DNA of 64,000 nt from an uncultured Acidobacteriota bacterium (GCA_963804995.1 CAWDSK010000006.1:192001-256000); one strand, 5' to 3'; shown: positions 20,826 through 32,422, numbered from the stretch's first letter. Program-made: numbers and translations. The notes: generated by a model from the letters alone, not told the origin.

Positions 20826-21192
20826 CCTTCCGCCGGACTGCCCGTTGCCGTTTTGCAGGCCGAGGTTTTGTGGCATCAAAAAATCATGGGGAGGGCAAAA
20901 TAAGTGGGACCTCGCTCGCTACGCCTCGCTAAGGCGTACAAGTGGGACAAGCTTACGACCTCAAATTGCAACGCATCTGGGACGGACCCAGGCATGGGAT
21001 TGGCTTCGAGGGTCGAATGCGGGCGGAGCGGGGGGCAGAAATATACCATGTCACTGACCGCGAGAGGGATCAAGCAGGCGGGCATGTTCCTAGGTGTGAA
21101 GGAGGCTTCCCAGAGACACAACCACCCTCTGTTCCGGTACGGGAACAGTGCTGGTCAGTAAGGTCTAAGTCTCGGAAACAGTGAGGGCGCTC

Positions 21193-21528
21193 TTACTTCG
21201 AGAGCTTCTCAGCCATCGAAATCAACAACCGGCGGTTCGTGCTCAACATGCTCTCAAAGCATTTGACCAACCGCTTAACCGGTTTTCCCATGCTTATCTG
21301 CTCGGGAATCTTGGGTGCGGCCGGCTTGCCCTCGCCTTGGTAAAGCAATTGGTAGGTTTCTATTTCCAACGCTTTGGCAAACTTTTCCATGGTGGCAAGT
21401 GAGGGTGCAGTATATCCGCCTTCAACACGAGAGATGTACGAACGCAACAGACCCGATCGCCGTTCGATATCGCCTTGCGAGAGACCTTTAGCTTCACGTA
21501 ATTGTCGTAACCGTTTTCCTACGTCCAT
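21193..21528 (-). CDS. XRE-family helix-turn-helix regulator
   Basis: GKRLRQLREAKGLSQGDIERRSGLLRSYISRVEGGYTAPSL. Confidence 0.88.
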   Translation of the reverse strand: MDVGKRLRQLREAKGLSQGDIERRSGLLRSYISRVEGGYTAPSLATMEKFAKALEIETYQLLYQGEGKPAAPKIPEQISMGKPVKRLVKCFESMLSTNRRLLISMAEKLSK

Positions 21529-21718
21529 AGCGGGATTAGAACAGAAAGAGAACCCCATGTCAAGAGTGTAACTTTATCTTAACAGCATACTAAACTCAAT
21601 AAGATGTCTCTTGCGCTTTGCGATAAAGTTAGTCCACGAGTTCCGATTCTCATATGTTGAAATGGTGGGACGCATACGCCTTCCTTGGATTTCTCACCCC
21701 GCTGGGAGACCCTCCGGA

Positions 21719-22096
21719 GCAGACTGAAGGGAGGGGCTATGGATTTTTGAATTTTAGCTCGTAGAATTCTCAAACGCCCACGTGACCCCTCACCCGTCCC
21801 GCCCCGGCTGATGAAAACGCCGGTTGCGGTCCACCCTCTCCCCTCGGAGAGGGCTATGATTTCAATTTCTGTCCTGTGTGGTTGAACAAGCAAGTAGCGC
21901 GGCGCATCTGCGACCCCTCGGAGAGGGCTATGCATCACAAATTCCAGCCCTTTCTCAGGGGCAGACAGAAGGGCGGGGCTATGGATATTTGAATTTTAGC
22001 TCGTAGAATTCTCAAACGCCGACGTGACCCCTCACCCGTCCCGCCCCGGCTGATGAAAACGCCGGCGGCGGTCCACCCTCTCCCCTCGGAGAGGGC
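21719..22096. repeat. ~135-bp direct duplication containing a CCCTCACCC...CTGATGAAAAC...CCCTCTCCC palindromic repeat
   Basis: Copies at ~21719-21855 and ~21961-22096; related units at ~24598-24705, ~33690-33743, ~35775-35852 and ~57775-57822. Confidence 0.8.
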
Positions 22097-22361
22097 GGTT
22101 ATTCAAGGTGGTGTGCTCCATCAGCATACGCAGAGAATGGGTCTCTAATTCGGCCAGTGGACGCTTCGGTATAACCTTCCCCTGGCCTGAACCGGATAAT
22201 AGCCTTCTCCCAGGGGAGAAGGTGGCTGACGGAGGAGGACGGATGAGGGGTTACTTCCACGCGCGGCGCGTCGGAACAATTTATAAATTCAAGAACCATA
22301 AGCTGAGGGCTATAACATCGACCCTGACAATCATATGTGCCGCGATTTGCGACGCACTACA

Positions 22362-23414
22362 CTAGGCGCGAGACTTATCGGGAGGGGCGGCAGGCGCCGT
22401 TCGCGGCTTGGCGGCGCGGGCGGCCTCAACCGCCAGCCACTCCACCAGACAGAGGCTCAGCGTCGACCCGGTAACCTCCATCATGGCAGGAATCAGGATG
22501 CCGAGGTCAGACCGCTCCGCCAGTTCCCGATCATTGCCATCGGTAATGGAAAGAACCCGCGCCCCGTCCACCCGAGCCTGGGCGGCCGAGCGATGGGCGA
22601 GCTTCTTGAGTTTTGAGCGCGAGCCGGAAAGAAATAACACGGCGTCGTCACGCCGGGCCGGCCCCGCCGCACCGCTCAAGAATTCCGAGGCTTCCACTCC
22701 TTCGGCAGCAAGGCCGGCAAGGGCCTCAAGGCGGCGGGAGGCGCGCCAGGCGGGAAAATGGTAAAAGCCTCCCCCCACAATGCGAACGCGCGGCGGCCGG
22801 ATCAACTCCGCCGCTAGGGAACGAATGACGGCCGAGAGTTGCGTGAAGGTCCAATCGATCTGGGCGGGAAGCTCCGAAAATTCCCTGGCGAGCGGATCCC
22901 AGGAGGGCTCATGGCGCTTCAGCAGGCGTGCGGCGGCGAGCGCCCAGAAGTTGAGCGCGGCGTGCAGGCAAACGCTGACGGAAGGAACGTCGCCCTCTCC
23001 TTGGACGGGGACGAGAACAACGTGGTCTGCCATTTTCGCGAGAGGGCTTTCAGCCGTGTTCGTCAATACCAGCAACGTGGCGCCGCGTTTGTGCGCGACC
23101 TGGGCAAGCTCCTGGGCTTCCGGCGCTTCATCCGCGGCGGAAATCATCAGCAGCACCGACCGTGTCACCAGAAGGGGAAGTCCGTAGGTTTGGAAGACCT
23201 CCGCCGGACGCACTACCACCGGCCGGCCCAGAAACATTTCCAGCGCGTAACTGGCCGCCAACCCGAGTCCCGTGCAACTTCCCACCCCGCAAACGTAAAC
23301 CGGCCCATCGCCCCATCGAACCTGACGCACGATTGTTTCATATTCGGCGCGGGCCTTCTCAAGAGTCGCCTGGAGCGCGCCCGGGATGTTCTGAATCTGT
23401 GGTTGGATTCCCAT
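22362..23414 (-). CDS. Double SIS-domain sugar isomerase-like protein
   Basis: Two SIS folds (VCGVGSC; LTNTAESPLAKMAD; SITDGNDRELAERSD). Confidence 0.8.
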   Translation of the reverse strand: MGIQPQIQNIPGALQATLEKARAEYETIVRQVRWGDGPVYVCGVGSCTGLGLAASYALEMFLGRPVVVRPAEVFQTYGLPLLVTRSVLLMISAADEAPEAQELAQVAHKRGATLLVLTNTAESPLAKMADHVVLVPVQGEGDVPSVSVCLHAALNFWALAAARLLKRHEPSWDPLAREFSELPAQIDWTFTQLSAVIRSLAAELIRPPRVRIVGGGFYHFPAWRASRRLEALAGLAAEGVEASEFLSGAAGPARRDDAVLFLSGSRSKLKKLAHRSAAQARVDGARVLSITDGNDRELAERSDLGILIPAMMEVTGSTLSLCLVEWLAVEAARAAKPRTAPAAPPDKSRA

Positions 23415-23429
23415 AAGCGTCACGCTCCG

Positions 23430-24362
23430 CTAAACCCTGCCCTCCGAGGTCGGAATCGGTGCATCGTTCATCACTGGCACGGCCGTGGGAAAGTTATTCT
23501 GCACAAACCGGTGCGCCGAGAGATGCGCCCCGAAAAGTAGGATCAGAGAACCCATATACGCCCAGAAAAGCAAAGTCACGGACAAGGCGAAGGGCCCGTA
23601 AACCTCACGAAAACGGAACAAGGGCAGAGTCTGAATGTATAGGAGCTTGCCCAGTTCCGTCAGGATTCCTGTGACAATCGCGGCCGGGAAGACACGGAGG
23701 AAGGGGACCTTTCCGTTCGGCAGGAAATAGTAGATCCCCAGAAAGATCGAAACCATGATGGGTAGAGAGGCCACTTCCAGGACCACCCGCGAGATTGCCG
23801 CGACGATCTCACGAGCGGGAATCCAAGCCAGCGAAGAGGTAATGAACCATTGCAGGAGGGTGATCCCCAGAACGGATCCGAGGGCGAGGACGCCGGTTAG
23901 AAGGGCAAGAGTAAAGGACACGGCCTGGTTCTTCAGGAAACTACGATTCGTTTTGAATCCCCAGATCCGGTTCAGCGCGACCTCGAGAGGCAGGAAGACA
24001 CCTGAGCTCGTAAAAACCAGCATGAACAACGACATGATTTGCAGCCGCGGGCGCCCTTGGACTGCGATAACCAGATTGCGAATCACTGAATCCGCCCCGG
24101 TGGGAAGGTGGATGCGCAACAATTGGAGGACCATCTGGTAGGCGCCTTCCCAGTGCAGCCCCCGGCGGCAAATGGTCAGCAGGATGAGACTGAAGGGGAA
24201 AAAAGCCAGGTAGGCGTTGGCGGCAATGGAAAACGCGTAAGCGTGCACCTCCGTCGCAAAAATGTAACGCAGGCTGGGAAAAAGCAGATCCCCCGCCCGG
24301 CCGCCCAGAAGGCCGGAGCGTCGCAGTTTTTCCACTTCCGATTCAAGCGTTTCTCGCCACAC
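23430..24362 (-). CDS. YihY/BrkB-family inner membrane protein
   Basis: LAFFPF, LEVALNRIWG, YYFLPN and VYGPFA...LFGAHL motifs. Confidence 0.85.
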   Translation of the reverse strand: MWRETLESEVEKLRRSGLLGGRAGDLLFPSLRYIFATEVHAYAFSIAANAYLAFFPFSLILLTICRRGLHWEGAYQMVLQLLRIHLPTGADSVIRNLVIAVQGRPRLQIMSLFMLVFTSSGVFLPLEVALNRIWGFKTNRSFLKNQAVSFTLALLTGVLALGSVLGITLLQWFITSSLAWIPAREIVAAISRVVLEVASLPIMVSIFLGIYYFLPNGKVPFLRVFPAAIVTGILTELGKLLYIQTLPLFRFREVYGPFALSVTLLFWAYMGSLILLFGAHLSAHRFVQNNFPTAVPVMNDAPIPTSEGRV

Positions 24363-24713
24363 GCGCAGGAGTTCTCCCAGACGATCAGGCTTTGGTCCTC
24401 TCAGGGGTCGTGAGACCGCGAGGGCAAGAACCCCGGCGTCAGGTGGGGGCCAGCCTGTTGCGTATCCAGAAAGGAGGCGCAGTATAATTCATCAGCCAGC
24501 AACTTGCCAGAAGTGAATCCTGATATCAAAAATACACCCCCTATGCCAGTGTCCTGAGTCAGAAGTTCGCTGACAAAGTCTCAATGGGTTGGGCGACCCC
24601 CTCACCCGCCTGCGGGCCGAAGCCGAGGTCGTTCACAGTTCCCAAGTGCCCCTTCCGTGGGCGTAGGCCCGTCCCGCCCCGGCTGATGAAAACACCGGCG
24701 GCGGGGCCGGGGG

Positions 24714-24892
24714 CATAAGCGTTAATCTAAGGAAGACTTGTTTCCGAGGACGACGTTGCGGAACTTCGAATCGGCCCCGCGGGTTGGTCGGTAAACACCA
24801 GGCGACCAGGCAGGATCTATCGCGAGTCCGCAGTCGGGGTAACTTCCGAGTGGCCGACGATCCAGGAGTTCATCGCTTAGGTAAACGCTACG
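24714..24892. mobile_element. Putative non-autonomous MITE (~180 bp)
   Basis: AGCGTTAATCTAAG (24718-24731) / CTTAGGTAAACGCT (24876-24889) imperfect inverted ends; no ORF; no clear target duplication. Confidence 0.45.
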
Positions 24893-24990
24893 CCGTCACA
24901 GGTGATCTAGAGTGACCGAGCGGCTGTATAATCGATTGCGTCCAAGAGGCCAAACGGAACTCCTTCTCGACACAACCAAGGACGCGCGGC

Positions 24991-26214
24991 ATGGCAGATG
25001 ATCACACGAAGGCGACGGCAATGGCGGCGGAAGGGGAATACCGTGATGAATCTGCGCATCAGGTTTCACTATGCTCGCTCTTCTTGGCGTTCCAGCGCCT
25101 GGGCCTTACGGCCTTCGGCGGGCCGGCAATGGTGGCGCACATCCGCGACTTGGCTGTCGGGAAAAAGCACTGGCTGTCGCAAGAGTGTTTTGAGGACGGT
25201 ACGGCCTTGTGTCAGTCGATTCCCGGTGCCACAGCCATGCAGACGGCGGCTTATGTCGGTCTTCGCACCCGAGGGATTGCCGGAGCGCTGGCGGCATTCC
25301 TGGGATTTGGCCTGCCAGCGTTCGTGCTGATGGTGGTCCTGTCGAGCGTCTACGGTGTCAGTCGCGACCTCCACACGGTGGCGGCCGCCTTTCGGGGGTT
25401 GCAGGTGGTCGTGGTGGCGCTGATGGCCAACGCGGTCGTGGCATTCGGCCGCAGTTCGATAAAGAATTGGCGCGACTTGCTCCTGGCGGGTGCAGCCGCC
25501 ACTTTCCTCATGTTGCACGGCAGTCCCATCCTCGCGATTGTCGGGTCCGCGGCGGTGAGTGCTGTCCTCTATGTTGGCGCAAGCCTGCCCATCAAACCGG
25601 TCCACAATGTCGGCGAACCCGGCGGCCGAAGGGTGGTACGGCTGGTTCTGTTGGCAGTCCTTGTAGGTGGAACTGCTCTCGCAATGCTCTTTGTGGCGAA
25701 TCGTCTACTTTTTAACCTCGCGCTGGTCATGCTCAAAGTGGACCTTTCTGCCTTCGGTGGCGGCTTCGCGTCGGTCCCGGTGATGCTCCAACAGGTCGTG
25801 GACGTTCGGAAGTGGATTGACAGCAAGACATTCATGGATGGCATCGCTCTGGGGCAAGTCACGCCAGGGCCCATCGTCATTACTGCCACTTTCGTTGGGT
25901 ATCAGGTGGCCGGGTTGCTGGGCGCCCTCGTGGCCACCGTCGCGATTTTCTCGCCATCTTTCCTGATGGTGCTGATTACGGTTCCCTACTTTGACCACCT
26001 GCAACGCTCGTTGGTCTTCCGGCGGGTGCTACGTGGCATCCTGGCGTCGTTCGTCGGGTTGCTGCTGGCTGTGACGGCCCACTTCGCCATTGCGCCTTCA
26101 TGGACCACCCGGTCGGTGCTCCTGGCGCTTGCGGCATTCGTGGCGCTGCGGTTCAAAATCGATGTGTTGTGGGTTGTGCTGGTTGGGGCGGGTATAGGCA
26201 TTTTCTTTCTGTGA
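24991..26214 (+). CDS. chrA: Chromate ion transporter (bidomain CHR)
   Basis: GLTAFGGP, QSIPGA, SAFGGGF and GQVTPGP repeated halves. Confidence 0.93.
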   Translation: MADDHTKATAMAAEGEYRDESAHQVSLCSLFLAFQRLGLTAFGGPAMVAHIRDLAVGKKHWLSQECFEDGTALCQSIPGATAMQTAAYVGLRTRGIAGALAAFLGFGLPAFVLMVVLSSVYGVSRDLHTVAAAFRGLQVVVVALMANAVVAFGRSSIKNWRDLLLAGAAATFLMLHGSPILAIVGSAAVSAVLYVGASLPIKPVHNVGEPGGRRVVRLVLLAVLVGGTALAMLFVANRLLFNLALVMLKVDLSAFGGGFASVPVMLQQVVDVRKWIDSKTFMDGIALGQVTPGPIVITATFVGYQVAGLLGALVATVAIFSPSFLMVLITVPYFDHLQRSLVFRRVLRGILASFVGLLLAVTAHFAIAPSWTTRSVLLALAAFVALRFKIDVLWVVLVGAGIGIFFL

Positions 26215-26260
26215 CGCAATCGACCCTTCGGCCATCTGGCCCTCCAGCAGGGTGGAAGCT

Positions 26261-26878
26261 ATGAAACTCTACGCGTTAGTGTTCATGTTTGCAGCGGTCG
26301 CCTTGGGACAAGTACCCCACCAGCATCATCCGCCCTCGTCGGGTGAGTATGCCAAGGTGCTGGAAGACCCCTCCCGAGACGCGTGGCAGAAACCGCACGA
26401 GGTCGTGATGGCTCTGGGTCTCAAACCGACGGATGTCGTCGCCGATATAGGCGCCGGCACAGGCTATTTCGCGCGCCGCTTCGCCAACCACGCCGCCAAG
26501 GTCTACGCGGTCGATATCGACAAGGAATTGCTGGCCATCACCCAAAAAGATGCCCCATCGAACCTCACCGTAGTATTGGCCGCGCCTGACGACCCGCGAC
26601 TGCCGGAACAATCTGTCGATCTGATCTTTTTTTGCGATGTGCTGCACCATATCGAAAACCGGGCCGCGTACTATCCCAAGCTCATAAAAGCCTTGAAGCC
26701 GGGTGGTCGCGTTGTGGTGATCGATTTCTACAAAAAGGACCTGCCCATCGGGCCGCCGCCCTCCATGAAACTCTCAGACCAAGAAGTCATCGCGGAGCTA
26801 AGCAACGCGGGGTTTACCCTCACCAAGCGGCTCAACATTCTGCCCTACCAGTATTACCTGTTCTTCGAGAGGCGCTGA
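26261..26878 (+). CDS. Class I SAM-dependent methyltransferase with signal peptide
   Basis: RDAWQKP, VADIGAGTGYF, VYAVDID and DVLHHI motifs. Confidence 0.88.
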   Translation: MKLYALVFMFAAVALGQVPHQHHPPSSGEYAKVLEDPSRDAWQKPHEVVMALGLKPTDVVADIGAGTGYFARRFANHAAKVYAVDIDKELLAITQKDAPSNLTVVLAAPDDPRLPEQSVDLIFFCDVLHHIENRAAYYPKLIKALKPGGRVVVIDFYKKDLPIGPPPSMKLSDQEVIAELSNAGFTLTKRLNILPYQYYLFFERR

Positions 26879-27048
26879 AAGCGGCGATTGATGCGGTGAC
26901 GGACCTCAGCGGCCAAGGCGGCAAACATACGAGCGTAGAGAGTGATTTCTTCAATGGCGCAGACATAGCGCTCCCTGTTATGTCTGCGGGTCACCTCTAT
27001 CTCTGTTATCGCAGAAATCAACGATGCGTCCGGTACCTGCGGCTGATC

Positions 27049-27636
27049 CTAGTAGTCAGCCCTGAGCAGCTTACTGGCAGGGTCGTAGGAAGCTCCGTTG
27101 TGGCCGAGGAGGCGGAGAAGGTAGACCAGAAAGGTTGCATCGGCGTCCCCCCCCTCCACGCGGTAGGCGCCGGGGAACCTGATTTGGCTGCGCCCAAGGT
27201 ATTCCCGGATCTCGGCAGCTGTTCGGAGTTGCCCGTCGACAACCGTGAGCTCCCAGTCGAAGACATCAGGGGACGGTTCCGGCGCTCGTGCTCTGAGGTG
27301 GAGTACGGGGTAGTCCCGGTCAGAACGGACAGCCGCGGTTTCCGCCACTCCTGAGGAAGCATACGTGCTCGGCACCATCGGTGTTACCACTGTGGTCAGG
27401 TAGGCGTCCTCATCGGCCCACCCCCGGAGTCCCCCGTCCAGAATGGCTACGTTCTCGTGCCCGGCGCGAACAATCTCCCACCAAAGGTGGGCCGCAGCCG
27501 GTGTGACGGTGTCGTCGTATATCACGATAGACATGCCGGGGTGGACAGCAAGGTAGCGAAGAGTCTCACGTTTTTCGAGACTCTGCGGCTTTTCGTTTGG
27601 TGGGTTCGAATTCGAATCAGCACTAACTACCCCCAA
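27049..27636 (-). pseudogene. 5'-truncated rhodanese/sulfurtransferase-like gene
   Basis: IVIYDD...AAAHLWW...GHENVAILDGGLRGW rhodanese motif present, but no N-terminal D.R/GHIPGA segment and no good start. Confidence 0.55.
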
Positions 27637-27971
27637 GAAACCGGATTAGTACGGGACATGTCAAAGCCATAAGTTATTATGACAGTGAATGTTTATCATG
27701 TTGAGAACCGCAGAGTCTGAAAGGCACAGACTCTGCGCTACCCGCTTTGTCGCCTTGTGTTTTCCGATGCGGGGGAAGGGTTATTCCGAGAGCCTGCGGG
27801 GACCATGGGGCACCTGGAAACAATGCGGCTGGACGTTCCAGGCACTGACCGTAACGTCTTCACCCCCACCCAGTGCGGAGCTCCTGCTTTGTGAGGGGGC
27901 ATGAGGCAGAAGGCAACTCCTCCTTCCCTATCTTTTTTCGCCACCTCACGCGACAAGTAAATCCTAGCGGA

Positions 27972-29000
27972 TCACGCCTGCTTAATCAGTGCCCGCATAT
28001 ATTCCGCCGCGAGTTCGGCATTGTGTTCGGCACGTTCGATGCCGGGAACTTGTCCGTTCACGACGGGCGGCTCCGAGCACATCTCATAGTTCATGTAACC
28101 CTTGTAACCGATTTCCTTCATCGCGGCGACGAACTCCGGGAAGAGAGGCTCGCTGGCCTTGATTTTTCCATCCCTGTCGCGTTCGAACACACCTCCAAAG
28201 TGGCAAATCGTTTGCAACGAGCCGACTTCTCTTGCGGATTGGCGGATATATTCGGGAGTCTTATCGTGCACACCCCAGGGATCAAACGACACCTTGAGGG
28301 CGGGCGAATTCACTTCCCTGACCATGCGCAGAACGTCTTGGGTGTCCTTGTAGACCGGCGCATGGTTTTGCAGCGCCAGCGTGACCCCGGCATCAGAGGC
28401 GAAGCGCGATACCTCCCTGAGGCCCTCGCGGCACCACGCCCAGGTCTCTTCTTCTTCGATATCTTGATGCGCGTAATGCCAGATTCTCTTCGCGGTTTCG
28501 TATTCAGCGACCTGCGGATGTCTGACCACGCCCGGCCAGGCGAAGAACACGCGCACTTTCGCGGCGCCCAAATCCGAGGCTACTTGAATCAGGTGCCGCA
28601 CGTAGCACACCTGGCTTTCGCGATGCTCAGGGATGGGGCTTGAGAAATCGTTGTTGGCAGCGACGCCGACGATTTCGATGCCTTCTCCGTCCGCGATCCG
28701 GCGCAACTCGCGGCAGCGCCTCGTGGGCATATCGAGCGGGTTGGCGTGGGGCCGCTTACCGTCAAATTCGACCCCGTCATAACCGTACTTTTTTGCGCGA
28801 TTGATAACGTCTTCCATCGGCAGCCCTTGGCCGCGATACCAGATCCCCAAATAAGTGATGCTATAAAGGCCGACTTTCATTCCGGAGTTTCTTTTCTCTT
28901 CCCGAGGCTTCGGAGACCCGAATGCGCCAGGCTGGAACACGGCAGCCGACGCCGCGAGCGCCCCCACGAATTCCCGACGGTTGATGGCGGGTTTCTTCAT
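27972..29000 (-). CDS. Tat-exported sugar phosphate isomerase/epimerase (TIM barrel)
   Basis: NRREFV Tat motif; GYDGVEF, LALQNH and IGYKGYMNYE. Confidence 0.85.
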   Translation of the reverse strand: MKKPAINRREFVGALAASAAVFQPGAFGSPKPREEKRNSGMKVGLYSITYLGIWYRGQGLPMEDVINRAKKYGYDGVEFDGKRPHANPLDMPTRRCRELRRIADGEGIEIVGVAANNDFSSPIPEHRESQVCYVRHLIQVASDLGAAKVRVFFAWPGVVRHPQVAEYETAKRIWHYAHQDIEEEETWAWCREGLREVSRFASDAGVTLALQNHAPVYKDTQDVLRMVREVNSPALKVSFDPWGVHDKTPEYIRQSAREVGSLQTICHFGGVFERDRDGKIKASEPLFPEFVAAMKEIGYKGYMNYEMCSEPPVVNGQVPGIERAEHNAELAAEYMRALIKQA

Positions 29001-29632
29001 GCTATCCCCCTGATCCTTCGTTTCTCATGCGAATCGTATGCCTCCACCGTTGAGGTGTCAACCTCCGACGATGGGCGCTTGGTTCGCGATCTTCATTTAA
29101 AAGAGTCCGAGGTCCGAAGTACGAAGTCGGAAACGCAGGGATGAGCGGTAAGTGACGAGTGGCGAGTGACGGAAGAACCGGGGTACGGGACACGGGATTC
29201 GGGATACGGGAGCAAATCCAGGGCTCGGAAAGTGCAGTGACGAGTGGCGAGTGAGTGGCGCAGGGCGAGCATGGCCCTGCGATTCTAGTGCGATCAGATG
29301 ACGTGAACCGCAGAGCTGGGCTCGCTCTGCGCCAGCCTGCCGCTTTCCTTCCTCCGCAATTTGCACATTTGCCGTATGAACCCAAGGCGGAAGGCGGTAG
29401 CTGCTGCTACCGCAATCCAAGGCCGCCGGCGTCTCCCCCTGTCGGATGTGGCAATTTCCGTTCCGGGTTGTTTCATTCCCTATCCTTGAAAACGCTCCGC
29501 AGTGATATAATGCGGGACTTCGATAAGCAGATCAGGTTCAGGTTTTGGAGACAACCAAACTCAGGCGTCAGGCTGATGCCAGCCGATGGCGCCCGGCATT
29601 CAGCTTTCATCCAGCGATTAGAGGAGCAGAAC

Positions 29633-30277
29633 ATGAGCGGGAAAAAAAGAAAGTTGCCGGCACTCCCTAAAGAAGGATTTTCGCGGCGAGACTTTCTGAA
29701 AGGCACCGGCATGGCGGTTTCCACCGGACTGCTGGGCGCGCCGGGGGCCGGGGCTGATACGAAGGACACCGCGGTGAGCGTCATGGGCCCCGGGGCGGTT
29801 CCGATTACCTTACAGATCAACGGCAAGCCGCACAGCCTGAAGGTTGAGCCCCGAGTGACGCTGCTCAACGCTCTGCGCAACCGGCTGGACCTGACGGGCG
29901 CAAAGAAAGTTTGCGACCGCGGTGTTTGCGGCGCCTGCACGGTCATCATGGACGGACGGCCGGTGTATGCGTGCAACGTGCTGGCCGTCGAGGCCGCAGG
30001 CCACAGCATCACGACCGTCGAAGGTCTTTCCACGGGGGACAAGCTCCACCCCGTAATGACAGCCTTCGTCAATCACGATGCCCAACAGTGCGGATTCTGC
30101 ACGCCGGGCTTTGTGGTGGCTACGAAGGCGTTCCTGGACAAGCACCCCCATCCGACCATGCACGATGTGGAGCGAGGACTGGGTGGCAATCTCTGCCGCT
30201 GCGGTACGTATGTGGGAATTCGCGAAGCTGTCCTCGAGGCAGCCCAAACAGTGAAGGGAGGACACAGCAATGGCTAA
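29633..30277 (+). CDS. Tat-exported 2x[2Fe-2S] subunit of a xanthine-dehydrogenase-family aldehyde oxidoreductase
   Basis: SRRDFLK Tat motif; CDRGVCGACTV and QCGFCTPG...NLCRCG; GAGGAG RBS. Confidence 0.92.
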   Translation: MSGKKRKLPALPKEGFSRRDFLKGTGMAVSTGLLGAPGAGADTKDTAVSVMGPGAVPITLQINGKPHSLKVEPRVTLLNALRNRLDLTGAKKVCDRGVCGACTVIMDGRPVYACNVLAVEAAGHSITTVEGLSTGDKLHPVMTAFVNHDAQQCGFCTPGFVVATKAFLDKHPHPTMHDVERGLGGNLCRCGTYVGIREAVLEAAQTVKGGHSNG

Positions 30278-32422
30278 GTGTAAATATGATTGGCCCGAGG
30301 CCAACGAACGCAAACTCATCGGGCAGCGCATCAAGCGCATCGACGGGCCCGCCAAGACGAGTGGCCGCGCCAAGTACACCTACGACATCAACCCTCCCGG
30401 GCTCCTGGTTGCCAAGATCTATCGCTCCCCTTATGCCCACGCCAAGATTACCGCGGTCGACACCTCCGAGGCTGAGAAGTTGCCCGGAGTGAAAGCGGTG
30501 CGCGTGATTCAAGGCGTCGGAAAAGAGATTCAGTGGGTCGGCGATGAAATCGTGGCCATCGCGGCCGTGAGCGAGGACATCGCCGAGGACGCCGTCCGCA
30601 AGGTCAAGGTGGAATTTGAGCAACTTCCCCACTTCGTCCTGGAAGAGGACCTGGAACAGGCGACCGAACATGCCAAAGAGGCGGGCGGTGAAAAGGCGGG
30701 AGACCCGGACAAGGCCTTTAGCGATCCCGACGTGGTGATTTCTGAGGGCTATTACGGAATCGCCGCCATCACTCACTGTTGCCTGGAATCGCATGGAAAC
30801 ATCGCGCAGTGGAACGGCGAGAACCTGCTCACTTATGCTTCCACCCAAGGCGTTTCCGGTGGGCCGGGGCAGTTCGGGCAGGCGCTGCGGGAGCAAGGCA
30901 TCAACGTGCCGGACAGCAACATCGAAACCATCTGCAATTACGTGGGCGGAGGATTCGGCAGCAAGTTTTCTCCGGACCGCTGGGGTATCGAAGTAGCGAA
31001 GCTCGCGAAGACGGCCGGCGCACCCGTGAAGCTGATGCTCGACCGTGACATGGAACTGGAAGTGGCTGGGGCGCGGCCCTCTGCCTATGCCAAGGTCAAG
31101 GTGGCGGCGAAAAAAGATGGGACCATCGTGGCGTGGGATTCGCACTCCTGGGGCACGGGCGGACCGGCCGGCACCTCAATGCCACCGCTTCCCTACGTTC
31201 TGAACATTCCCAACAAAGTCACGCGTCACTCCTCCATCAGCACCAACACCGGCCCAGCCCGCGCCTGGCGAGCGCCCAATCACCCCCAGGCCGCCGTGCT
31301 GACCATGTGCGCGCTCGACGACCTGGCCGCCAAGCTCAACATGGACGCATTGGAATTCTTCTCGAAGAATGCGGACCTCGCCGGCGACCGCGGCGAAGTC
31401 TACCGGCAGGAATTGCAGAAAGCCGCGGAACTGGTCGACTGGAAGAAAAACTGGCATCCGCGCGGCGACAAGACGGCGGGCGCCATCAAGCGCGGCATGG
31501 GTATCAGCATGCACACCTGGGGCGGCCGCGGCCACAACAGTAACTGCAATGTGATTATCCACCCTGACGGTTCCGTGGAGACGGTCTTGGGAAGTCAGGA
31601 TCTGGGGACCGGCACCCGCACCGTCATCGCCATCGTGGCGGCGGAGACTTTGGGGCTTCCGGTTGAAGCCATCCAAGTCAAGATCGGCGATAGCAAATAC
31701 CCTGCGGACGGCGCTTCGGGCGGCAGCACGACAGTGGGCGGCGTTTCAGCCTCCACGCGTCGCGCCTCCGTCGATGCCCGGGATCAGCTTTTCGCCCTGG
31801 TCGCTCCCGTTCTGGGAGTGCCCGCCGATCAACTGGAGGCTGTGAATGGCCAAATCCAGGCGCGGGGCGACGCTATGAAGAAAATGACCTGGAAACAAGC
31901 CTGCGCCAAGTTGCAAGTGAAGACCATCGAGACTCTGGGCAAGAATCCCGGCCAGTGCAACCTGGGGTCGAACGGCGTGGGCGGAGTACAGATTGCCGAT
32001 GTCTCGGTGGACACAGAAACCGGCAAGGTGAAAATTAACAAGATGGTGGCGGCGCAGGACTGCGGCCTCATCATTGACCTCAAGACGGCGGAAAGCCAGT
32101 GCTATGGCGCGCTGATCATGGGCATCACCTACGCGCTCTTTGAAGAGAAGATCATGGACCGTGCGACCGGCCGCCTGCTGAATAACAACATGGAGTTTTA
32201 CAGACTCGCCGGCATCGGCGACATCGGCGAACTGGTGGTCCACATGATGACCGGCCCCGGTTACGACGAACGGGGAACGATTGGGCTGGGTGAACCTCCG
32301 GTGATTTCTCCGGGGGCCGCCATTTCCAATGCCGTGGCGAACGCGCTCGGGGTAAGAGTGCCGACGCTCCCGCTGACTCCTGACAAGGTGTTGGCCGCAC
32401 TCGAGAAAGGAGGAGTTGCCTA

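Noticed and set aside
20990..21080. Second RAYT/IS200 N-terminal relic (GAEIYHVTDR)
   Set aside because: Only a short motif in degenerate sequence; not enough to call
21805..21825. CTGATGAAAAC in the palindromic repeat family as a hammerhead ribozyme core
   Set aside because: CUGAUGA is present, but there is no stem II, no separate GAAA and no convincing three-stem junction with a cleavage triplet
24548..24578. AGTGTCCTGAGTCAGAAGTTCG as an IS terminal repeat
   Set aside because: No partner end or transposase found in the window
29511..29632. Moco riboswitch upstream of the molybdoenzyme operon
   Set aside because: The leader has hairpins, but I could not match the Moco RNA consensus
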